Positions 38,400 to 45,827 of a stretch of DNA of 54,345 bases are shown here, piece by piece. A program made the position numbers and the translations under genes. The DNA comes from Candidatus Caccovivens sp. (lineage in GTDB: Bacteria; Bacillota; Clostridia; Christensenellales; UBA1242), in NCBI GenBank assembly GCA_051888935.1, contig JBJFCL010000023.1, forward strand, positions 1-54,345, in the 5' to 3' direction. Positions within the stretch are counted from its first letter, which is position 1, and the number at the start of each line of letters is the position of its first letter. The notes beneath the pieces were generated by a model. It made no database searches. It was not told where the DNA came from and saw nothing but the letters and a program-made list of their open reading frames with translations.

Positions 38400-39336
38400 T
38401 GTGTTAAGTTTATGCGTTTTGGTTAAAAGAAATATATTGTTGTTTTTGAAAGACAAAATGACAGTGTTTTTCTCATTACTCGCACCTATTATTGTTTTGA
38501 TGCTTTATATTTTGTTTCTTGGGGATATTCAGTCAGACACAATAAACAGCATTATTGATAGTTACAATTTGGAGATAGAACAAAAATTTGTGTTAGCGTT
38601 CATAAACAACTGGATGGTCTCTGGTGTGATGGGAGTGTCTTGTATTACTGTGGCTTTCAGTGCTTGCACTGTTATGGTTAGAGACAGAGAAAGAGGGACA
38701 GTTAATGATGTTCTTTCTTCACCAGTAAAGAGATGGGTTGTTTTTGCAAGTTATGTGCTTTCATGTTTTCTCATCACTTTGATTATTTGCCTTTTGGTGT
38801 TTGTGGTCTCAATAATTTATCTTGTTTGCACTGGCGGATTTTTTATGAGTTTCGTTGAATTATTGGCAATAATCGGAATAACCATATTGTCAATTGTGTC
38901 TTCATCGGTTATTGCTGTGTTTGTTTCAAGTTTCATTAGAACGGAAGCAGCACTGGGTGCTTGCTCTGGGATTTTGAGTGCTATAATTGGATTTATAACA
39001 GGTGCGTATATGCCATTGAGTATGTTTCCAGAGTCCATACAATTTTTTGTTTGCTTCATTCCTGGCAGTTATTCAGCGGGATTATTTAGAAATTATTTCT
39101 TGAAAGGACCAACGAAAATTTTACTTGAAAAATTGCCTGCTGATTTAGTGCAACAACTTGTGGAATCTTATTCGGTGGAAATGAAATTCTTTGGAGGAAG
39201 CACCATAACTGCTGGTTGGATGACTTTGGCGTTGGTTTTGTCAGTCATTATTTTTGTTGGAGCGCTTGCAATATTCTATTCAAAGAAAAAATCTAATATT
39301 TTTTTGCAAAGACACAAAAAGAAGAAAACAGCGTAA
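38386..39336 (+). CDS. ABC-2 transporter permease
   Basis: Six TM segments, VFFSLLAP, DRERG, GFITGAYMP; overlaps the ATPase gene. Confidence 0.9.
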   Translation: MKKNNVLSLCVLVKRNILLFLKDKMTVFFSLLAPIIVLMLYILFLGDIQSDTINSIIDSYNLEIEQKFVLAFINNWMVSGVMGVSCITVAFSACTVMVRDRERGTVNDVLSSPVKRWVVFASYVLSCFLITLIICLLVFVVSIIYLVCTGGFFMSFVELLAIIGITILSIVSSSVIAVFVSSFIRTEAALGACSGILSAIIGFITGAYMPLSMFPESIQFFVCFIPGSYSAGLFRNYFLKGPTKILLEKLPADLVQQLVESYSVEMKFFGGSTITAGWMTLALVLSVIIFVGALAIFYSKKKSNIFLQRHKKKKTA

Positions 39337-39345
39337 ATTTATATG

Positions 39346-39372
39346 AAAACTCCGAAAAAATGGAGTTTTTTT
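39346..39372 (+). terminator. Rho-independent terminator
   Basis: aaaactcc-gaaaaaat-ggagttttttt. Confidence 0.75.
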
Positions 39373-39391
39373 ATTTTATTGATAAAAAATC

Positions 39392-39420
39392 TTTACTTTT
39401 TTAAAAATATTTGCTATAAT
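39392..39420 (+). promoter_or_regulatory. SigA-type promoter for the tRNA-Arg locus
   Basis: TTTACT-N17-TATAAT with extended TG. Confidence 0.6.
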
Positions 39421-39479
39421 TTGAGGGCAAGAAAAATGAATCTTGTTATTGCAAAAACAGAAAATTAAATATATCATAT

Positions 39480-39591
39480 GCACCCATAGCTCAACTGGAT
39501 AACAAATTTTTGCAAATTTGTTGCGACCGCGTCGAACCATCGCAAACTCTTGCAAGCAAAGTTTGCTCCTCTTCTCCTAGTCTTAGAGCGT
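39480..39591 (+). pseudogene. Partial tRNA-Arg (5' 22 nt plus TAGAGCGT) interrupted in the D-loop by an 82-bp insert
   Basis: GCACCCATAGCTCAACTGGATA-[39502-39583]-TAGAGCGT, then the sequence diverges. Confidence 0.8.
39502..39583. mobile_element. Short palindromic REP/MITE-like insert, copy 1
   Basis: Flanked by TA...TA; nearly identical to 39756-39841 apart from the first hairpin; several hairpins. Confidence 0.5.
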
Positions 39592-39643
39592 AAACGCGAT
39601 AAACTTCACTGCTTGCAAGAACTAAAAAATAAATATATCTTAT

Positions 39644-39720
39644 GCACCCATAGCTCAACTGGATAGAGCGTTCGTCTACGGAACGAAAGGTTGGGGATTC
39701 GAGCTCCTCTGGGTGCACCA
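39644..39720 (+). tRNA. tRNA-Arg(ACG)
   Basis: 77-nt cloverleaf GCACCCA...TGGGTGC-A-CCA; anticodon arm TTCGT-CTACGGA-ACGAA. Confidence 0.97.
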
Positions 39721-39743
39721 AAAAAGATTTTGCCAGTTTCGCT

Positions 39744-39898
39744 CTCAACTGGATAACAAAAAATGAGAGCATTTTTTGTTGCGACTGCGTCGAACCATCG
39801 CAAACACTTGCAAGCAAAGTTTGCTCCTCTTCTCCTTGTCTTAGAGCGTTCGTCTACGGAACGAAAGGTTGGGGATTCGAGCTCCTCTGGGTGCACCA
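39744..39898 (+). pseudogene. Partial tRNA-Arg (lacks the 5' acceptor strand) interrupted in the D-loop by an 86-bp insert; 3' part identical to the intact gene including CCA
   Basis: CTCAACTGGATA-[39756-39841]-TAGAGCGTTCGTCTACGG...GGGTGCACCA. Confidence 0.82.
39756..39841. mobile_element. Short palindromic REP/MITE-like insert, copy 2
   Basis: Same insertion point and TA flanks as copy 1. Confidence 0.5.
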
Positions 39899-39904
39899 AA
39901 AACA

Positions 39905-39930
39905 TCGGACTAAATTTTGTCCGATTTTTT
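39905..39930 (+). terminator. Terminator after the tRNA-Arg array
   Basis: atcggac-taaatttt-gtccgat followed by a T-run. Confidence 0.8.
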
Positions 39931-39946
39931 ATTTTATTCAAAAAAA

Positions 39947-39978
39947 TTGTTGACATATCAACAAAAATATGATATTGT
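39947..39978 (+). promoter_or_regulatory. Promoter with a palindromic putative MarR operator
   Basis: TTGTTGA-cata-TCAACAA overlaps TTGACA (39950-39955); TG-n-TATTGT -10 at 17-bp spacing. Confidence 0.65.
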
Positions 39979-39995
39979 TGCAAAGGAGGCTTAAA

Positions 39996-40460
39996 TTGGA
40001 AAATAGATTTGGAGTGTTTACTCAATTGATAAACAACATAAGTAGAAATATTTATAAACTCAAATTCTCCAACATGGAAGAAATAGGGCTAAGAAGCACT
40101 CATGTTTCTTGTTTATATTATCTTTTAAAAAAAAGAGAATTGACACTGAAAGAACTTTGTGAAAAATGCGATGAAAACAAAGCGGCAATATCAAGAACAG
40201 TTGATGATTTGACACAATTGGGATATGTTGAAAAGAAAAATGTCTCTTGCAAATATAAAGTACCACTTGTTCTAACAGAAAAAGGAGAACAGGTCGGAGA
40301 CTATATTGAACAGAGAATAGACGAACTTGTGGAGAGAGCAAGTTTCGGACTTTGTGAAACTGACAGAGTAAAGTTGTATGATAGTTTGAGACTGATTAAC
40401 AATAATTTACAAAAAATAGTTGATAAGGAGAAAGAAAATGGCTGTAAAAATAATCATTGA
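39996..40460 (+). CDS. MarR family transcriptional regulator
   Basis: AAGGAGG RBS then TTG start; LTLKELCEKCDENKAAISRTVDDLTQLGYVEK...LVLTEKG winged HTH. Confidence 0.9.
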   Translation: MENRFGVFTQLINNISRNIYKLKFSNMEEIGLRSTHVSCLYYLLKKRELTLKELCEKCDENKAAISRTVDDLTQLGYVEKKNVSCKYKVPLVLTEKGEQVGDYIEQRIDELVERASFGLCETDRVKLYDSLRLINNNLQKIVDKEKENGCKNNH

Positions 40461-41289
40461 TTCGGCAAGTGACTTAGAGAAAAACGACGCGGAGCAATTG
40501 GGAATTATTGTGATTCCAATGGAAATAAGATTTGATGACGAAGTTTTTTTGGACGGATTTGATATAACAAAACGCCAATTTTTTGAAAAATTGATTGAGA
40601 ATACAAATCTTCCAAAAACAAGTCAAATAAACCCTGCGAGATTTGAGGAAGAATTTGAGAAAGTGGTAAAGAATGGCGATGAGGCGGTGGTCATTACAAT
40701 CTCTTCCAAACTTTCTGGGACTTATAACTGCGCATTGAAAGCAAGTGAAAATTTTAAAGAAAAAATTTTTGTTGTGGACAGTTTGAGTGCCAGTCTTGGT
40801 GAGCATGTTTTGTTTGATTATGCTTACAAATTATTGCAAAGCGGATTAAGTGCACAGGAAATTGCAAACAGATTGAATGAAGCAAAAGAAAAACTTAATG
40901 TAATTGCTATGCTTGACACTTTAAAATATTTACGCAAAGGCGGAAGAATTTCCGCTGTCGTCGCGTTTGCAGGAGAAATGCTTTCAATTAAGCCTGTCAT
41001 CTGTATTCAAAAAGGAGAGATAAAACTTTTAGGAAAAGCTGTGGGTTCAAAGAAAGCGGGAAACTTGTTAAATAAATTCGTTCAAGAAAAGGGCATCAAT
41101 TTTGATATGCCATACTGTGTTGCTTATTCTGGGCTTGACAGCAATCTTTTGGATAAATATGTGCAGGATAGTGAAAATATTTGGAAAAGCGAAACGGATT
41201 TTATTCCAAAGTATCCAATTGGTAGCACCATTGGGACGCATATTGGTCCAAATGCTATTGGTTGTGCTTTTTTTGAGAAAGAAAAATAA
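40438..41289 (+). CDS. DegV family fatty-acid-binding protein (FakB-like)
   Basis: IIIDSASDL, PKTSQ, ISSKLSGT, LKYLRKGGRIS, IGTHIGP. Confidence 0.93.
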   Translation: MAVKIIIDSASDLEKNDAEQLGIIVIPMEIRFDDEVFLDGFDITKRQFFEKLIENTNLPKTSQINPARFEEEFEKVVKNGDEAVVITISSKLSGTYNCALKASENFKEKIFVVDSLSASLGEHVLFDYAYKLLQSGLSAQEIANRLNEAKEKLNVIAMLDTLKYLRKGGRISAVVAFAGEMLSIKPVICIQKGEIKLLGKAVGSKKAGNLLNKFVQEKGINFDMPYCVAYSGLDSNLLDKYVQDSENIWKSETDFIPKYPIGSTIGTHIGPNAIGCAFFEKEK

Positions 41290-41318
41290 AAAAATCTATG
41301 GACTTCCATAGATTTTTT
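41289..41318. terminator. Bidirectional terminator
   Basis: aaaaaatctatgga-ct-tccatagatttttt. Confidence 0.8.
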
Positions 41319-41329
41319 ATCTATATATT

Positions 41330-41833
41330 TTATCCGATTATACTTATTGGCAAAACAAACAACATAACGAGCACTCCAACTGTCAAGACAATTCCAAGTA
41401 TACCGACAAACAAGTCAATCCATTTGTGTGCTTTTTGAGCCTTTGATTCCTTTTCTTCTTCAATAACCATGACGCCAGTTTCGTCCGCAACAACCGTTTT
41501 TTCAATTCTTTTGGCGTCAATTTTATTTGCAATGCTTGAAACCGTTCCCCAAAAGAACATTTTAAATCCGAGATAACTGTATAATCCGCAAAATTCCATC
41601 GTTGTGTAAGCAAGAGGAATGAGCAGAAATATCAAAACCAAAATTCCAGAAAGAAAAGTGTCGTTGTTGTTAAAAAGATTTATGCACCAATATTCCACGC
41701 CCAAAGTTCCCCCGGCAATTGCAAGCAAAAGCAAAATCACAAAAATTCTTGTTCCAATTTTGCCTTTTTCATAGCGTCTAATGTCGCCACTATGTCTGAC
41801 ATTGATTTTGAATATCCATCTTAAAAAATTCAT
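41330..41833 (-). CDS. Hypothetical membrane protein (about 3 TM)
   Basis: AAGGAGG RBS before MNFLRW; hydrophobic segments. Confidence 0.7.
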   Translation of the reverse strand: MNFLRWIFKINVRHSGDIRRYEKGKIGTRIFVILLLLAIAGGTLGVEYWCINLFNNNDTFLSGILVLIFLLIPLAYTTMEFCGLYSYLGFKMFFWGTVSSIANKIDAKRIEKTVVADETGVMVIEEEKESKAQKAHKWIDLFVGILGIVLTVGVLVMLFVLPISIIG

Positions 41834-41953
41834 AGATCCTCCTTTTTTAAAGTATAGCATATAAAAATTAAAAAAAATAACAAATTTGCAAAAATATTTT
41901 AATTTTTTCACGAAATAAAATATAAAGGAATAAACATTCATAGGGAGGAAATT

Positions 41954-42229
41954 ATGTACAACGCATATAATCAAGATAATTTCAACAGTTTTCAAACATT
42001 GCAAGATGCAAGAAAAGATTTAATTGGAGAGATTGAAGCCGTCATGCAATATGATGACCATGTTCAAACATCCACAAACAATGCAGCCCGACAAACCTGG
42101 ATTAACATCAGAGATGAGGAGCTTATGCATGTTGGGGAGTTATTGGCACTTTTAAACTATCTAAATCCAGAGCAGAAAAAGTTTGTGGAACAAGGTGTCA
42201 ACGAATTTAATGAAAGGTTGAGAAGATAA
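41954..42229 (+). CDS. Small ferritin-like (di-iron carboxylate) protein, resembling encapsulated-ferritin half-bundle proteins
   Basis: GGGAGG RBS; EIEAVMQY...RDEELMHVGELL (ExxH) motif. Confidence 0.75.
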   Translation: MYNAYNQDNFNSFQTLQDARKDLIGEIEAVMQYDDHVQTSTNNAARQTWINIRDEELMHVGELLALLNYLNPEQKKFVEQGVNEFNERLRR

Positions 42230-42305
42230 ATCTCAACTTTTTTTCTTACAAAAATTATTATCACATACAAAAAACCATGCATAAACAATAAATAAGGTGG
42301 TTTTT

Positions 42306-43754
42306 ATGAGAATTTTAAAAAAGTACGGATTTTCAATTTGTATGCTTTTGGCTCTTGTGATTGGAACAATTATTGGATTGTTTGCTTCAAATGACTTTGT
42401 TGCCAACATCTCTCCACTTGGGGATATTTTTGTCAATTTGATGTTTACACTTGTTGTTCCGCTTGTGTTTTTTACCATCACGAGCAGTATTGCCAACATG
42501 GATAAAAAAGCAAAATTGTCCAAAATTTTGACCAAAACTGTGATAATTTTCATCATAACAAGCATAATTAGCACAATTGTTGCAATTGTCGGCGTGCTGA
42601 TTGTAAATCCAACTGGAAATGTGACGCCAGTTGAAAGTGACCCAGTCACACCTGTTGGTTTTTTGCAAGCGATAAGTGAAGCTATCACTGTGACTGACTT
42701 TTTCAACTTGCTTTCCAAATCACATATGTTGGCTCTCATTATTTTCTCAATTATTCTTGGAATTTGTATAAGAAAAGTGGATAAAGAAGGAAAAATCAGC
42801 AGAGGACTTGAAGTTCTTTCAAACGCTTTCTTAAAATTTGTTAAAATTGTCATGTACTATGCTCCAATTGGAGTTTGTGCATTCTTTGCAACTCTTGTCA
42901 AAAGTTACGGCGGAGAAATTTTGACAAGTTATTTGAGAACTCTACTTATTTATATTGGAATTTGTATTGTCTATTTCTTTGTTTTCTACACACTTTACGC
43001 GTTTATTGCGGGCGGGAAAAATGGGATAAAAAATTTTTACAGAAATATCTTTCGCTCGGTTGTTACTTCTCTTGCCACACAGTCATCTTTGGCTTCCCTT
43101 CCTTCAAATATGGAAGTGGCAGACGATATGAAAATTGACAAAACAATCAGCAAAGTTTCTCTTCCTCTTGCAAGCACAATTCACATGGAAGGTTCATCAG
43201 TTGCTTCCATCTTGAAAATCTTCTTTTTGTTTAGCATTTTCAATATGCCAATCAACGGAATTTCCACTTATTTGATTGCACTTTTGATTGCTGTTGCAAG
43301 TGGAGTTGTAATGTCAGGGATTCCGGGAGGCGGACTAATTGGAGAGATGCTGATTGTGTCACTTTATGGTTTTCCAGCGAGTGCTTTTACAATGATTGCG
43401 ACAATTGGCTGGCTTGTTGATGCTCCTGCAACAATGCTGAATGTTTGTGGAGACATTCCAAGCACAATGCTTATTGAAAAATTTGTCAACAGACGCAAAA
43501 AAACAAAACTTGAAAAAGAATCAGTGATTGAGGTCTCATCAAATGAAGAAATACAAGACATAATTTCGCAAGAAAGAATAATTGAAATTGAAGAACCAAT
43601 TGTGCAAGGAGAAGATATTTCAAACGACGATATTAAAGTTGTTGAAAGCGAAGAAAGAGAAAATAAAAACATTTTAAAAAATAAAAAAACAGAAAAAAGT
43701 ACAAAAAAACGCAAAAAAAACGCAAAAATAATCAAAAAAAGAGGAAAAATCTAG
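42306..43754 (+). CDS. Dicarboxylate/amino acid:cation symporter (DAACS) with a charged C-terminal tail
   Basis: LVVPLVF, YYAPIG, TQSSLASLP, TIHMEGS, SGIPGGG, TMLNVCGD. Confidence 0.92.
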   Translation: MRILKKYGFSICMLLALVIGTIIGLFASNDFVANISPLGDIFVNLMFTLVVPLVFFTITSSIANMDKKAKLSKILTKTVIIFIITSIISTIVAIVGVLIVNPTGNVTPVESDPVTPVGFLQAISEAITVTDFFNLLSKSHMLALIIFSIILGICIRKVDKEGKISRGLEVLSNAFLKFVKIVMYYAPIGVCAFFATLVKSYGGEILTSYLRTLLIYIGICIVYFFVFYTLYAFIAGGKNGIKNFYRNIFRSVVTSLATQSSLASLPSNMEVADDMKIDKTISKVSLPLASTIHMEGSSVASILKIFFLFSIFNMPINGISTYLIALLIAVASGVVMSGIPGGGLIGEMLIVSLYGFPASAFTMIATIGWLVDAPATMLNVCGDIPSTMLIEKFVNRRKKTKLEKESVIEVSSNEEIQDIISQERIIEIEEPIVQGEDISNDDIKVVESEERENKNILKNKKTEKSTKKRKKNAKIIKKRGKI

Positions 43755-45577
43755 TCCTCTTTTTCTTTTTTTGCAAAATATTGAATGATTGTTTGTGCCA
43801 AACTTTCGTGAATCCCTTTGACAAGACAGAGTTCTTCTGCTGTGGCGTTTTTGATATTTTCTGTTGTGCCAAATGCTTTCAAAAGAGCGTCGATTTTGAT
43901 TTTTCCAAGTCCAGGAATTTCTTCCAATTCGCTGTATGTTTGTGCTTTGGTTCGAATATTGCGGTGGAAAGTTATGGCAAAACGATGTGCTTCGTCTCGA
44001 ATTCTCTGCAAAAGTTTGAGTTCTGCACTTGACCGTTTCAAAATGATAGATGCTTGTTGTTCTGGCACAAAAACTTCTTCCATTTTTTTTGCAAGAGAAA
44101 TTATGTCTATTTTGTCTTGCATTTCCAAATTTTTTAATATTTCAAAGCAAGAAGAGAGTTGTCCCTTTCCACCATCAATAACCAAAAGGTCAGGTTTTTC
44201 TTTAAAACTTTCGCCATTTTGTTCTTTAAGGCGTTTAAGTCTGCGCAAAAGTGTCTCTTTTAAACTGTCGAAATCGTTGTTTCCTTCAACGGTTTTGATT
44301 TTAAACTTGCGATAGTCTTTTTTAGATGCTTTGCCATCAATAAAAACAACCATTGATGCAACTTTGTTTGTTCCACTTATGTGAGAGATGTCGTAACACT
44401 CCATTCTGTGAGGTAGATTTTTCAAATTTAATTTTTCTTGCAGTGCTTTGAGTGCGCCGATGCCTTGACTATATTCCAATTTTTCTTTTTCTAAGTGTTT
44501 TTCAAGATGTTCTTTGGCATTCTCTTTTGCCATATTTAAAAGTGTAAAGTTGATTCCATGTGGGTTGGAAATAATTTTCGCGTTTTTGCCAAGAAATTGG
44601 CAAAGCAAAGTGTCGTCAATCTCATGACTGACAATAATTTCGTTTGGCACAAGCATATTATTGTAATACTGACAAACAAAATTGAACAAAGTTTCATTTT
44701 CTTCCAATTCTGCGTCGCTAAGTGGAAAGTTTGCCACACCCAAAATCTTGCCAGAGCGAACCACCATAACGGTAATAACCCCACCAATACCATCTGTTGC
44801 ATAAGCAAAAATATCTTTATTGACATCTTTTGGCAAGTTTGCCACAACTCTTTGTTTGAGTTTTGCGACCATTTTAAGAGACTCACGCAGTTCAATGGCG
44901 CGTTCAAAATTTTGTAAATTTGAAGCAATTTCCATCTTTTCTTGAAGCACTTTTTCAATATCTTCGTCATTTCCACTTAAAAAACGAATGACTTTTTTTA
45001 GTTCCTCTGCATATTCCTCTTTGCTAACGCGTCCAGTGCATGGTGCAAGACACAGCCCAAGCGAATAGTTTAAGCATTCACGCTTTTCCTTTGGGGAAGT
45101 TGTGATTTTTTTTGAGCAGGTGCGCACTTTATATGCAAAATTTATTGTTTTCAAGAGTTCTTGGGGAGAAATACCGGCAATGTATGGTCCGAAATATTTT
45201 GCACCATCATTTTTCTTGACTTTACGCACAATTTCCAATCGCGGAAAATCTTCACGCATATCAATTCTGATATATGGAAACGCTTTGCCATCTTTCAGCA
45301 ATATGTTGTAGAAAGGTTGATGCTTGTGTATGAGATTGCTTTCCAGTCCAAGTGCGTCAAGTTCGCTTGTTGCAATAAAGTAATCAAAGTCGTCAACATG
45401 GTCGACCATTGCTTGCACCTTGTTCGGTTTTGGAGAGGAACGAAAGTATTGACTGACACGATTTTTGAGATTTTTTGCTTTTCCAATATATATAATTTCA
45501 CCTGTTTTGTCACGCATGATATAGACACCAGGTTTTGTGGTGAGAGTTTTGAGTTTTTGTTGAATTTTTTCGTTCAT
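43751..45577 (-). CDS. uvrC: Excinuclease ABC subunit C
   Basis: PGVY...IYIGKAKNLKNRV (GIY-YIG), ECYDISH, DGGKGQL, RIRDEAHRFA, HhH. Confidence 0.98.
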   Translation of the reverse strand: MNEKIQQKLKTLTTKPGVYIMRDKTGEIIYIGKAKNLKNRVSQYFRSSPKPNKVQAMVDHVDDFDYFIATSELDALGLESNLIHKHQPFYNILLKDGKAFPYIRIDMREDFPRLEIVRKVKKNDGAKYFGPYIAGISPQELLKTINFAYKVRTCSKKITTSPKEKRECLNYSLGLCLAPCTGRVSKEEYAEELKKVIRFLSGNDEDIEKVLQEKMEIASNLQNFERAIELRESLKMVAKLKQRVVANLPKDVNKDIFAYATDGIGGVITVMVVRSGKILGVANFPLSDAELEENETLFNFVCQYYNNMLVPNEIIVSHEIDDTLLCQFLGKNAKIISNPHGINFTLLNMAKENAKEHLEKHLEKEKLEYSQGIGALKALQEKLNLKNLPHRMECYDISHISGTNKVASMVVFIDGKASKKDYRKFKIKTVEGNNDFDSLKETLLRRLKRLKEQNGESFKEKPDLLVIDGGKGQLSSCFEILKNLEMQDKIDIISLAKKMEEVFVPEQQASIILKRSSAELKLLQRIRDEAHRFAITFHRNIRTKAQTYSELEEIPGLGKIKIDALLKAFGTTENIKNATAEELCLVKGIHESLAQTIIQYFAKKEKED

Positions 45578-45583
45578 GAAAAT

Positions 45584-45612
45584 ATTATACACAACTTTAT
45601 ATCAAAAATCAA
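45584..45612 (-). promoter_or_regulatory. SigA promoter giving a probably leaderless uvrC mRNA
   Basis: Minus strand TTGATT-N17-TATAAT-ATTTTC-ATG; no SD sequence. Confidence 0.6.
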
Positions 45613-45730
45613 AGAAAAACATTCGTTGATGAGAATTTAAAATGGCAAAAAATCATTCTATTTTCAAAACAAAAACTTAACACGAAAACAATTTTTTTAA
45701 GTGTTTTATGGTTTATTTTGAAGAAAATTG

Positions 45731-45759
45731 TTGCAAGATGTAATTTTATTTGTTATAAT
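45731..45759 (+). promoter_or_regulatory. SigA promoter of the VirB6-like gene
   Basis: TTGCAA-N17-TATAAT with extended TG. Confidence 0.65.
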
Positions 45760-45827
45760 TGTAAAAAATAAAGACAATGACAGGATTGTGCCAAGCGTTT
45801 AGTAGAAAGTCTTGAAGAGGAGGATAT

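Noticed and set aside
39480-39898. tRNA-Arg repeats read as a CRISPR array or as a genuine intron-containing tRNA
   Set aside because: The repeats are tRNA-derived, the 'spacers' are near-identical and there are no cas genes. Neither interrupted copy has both acceptor strands, so cis-splicing of one copy cannot give a full tRNA, and the insert is too short for a group I intron.
39491-40025. ORFs 39491-39817, 39606-40025 and 39763-39972
   Set aside because: They overlap tRNA-Arg and its fragments; VHPEELESPTFRSVDERS is just antisense tRNA.
45768-45812. Possible structured leader (AAGAC...GTCTT) before the VirB6-like gene
   Set aside because: Only a 5-bp stem and no recognisable riboswitch or T-box motif.
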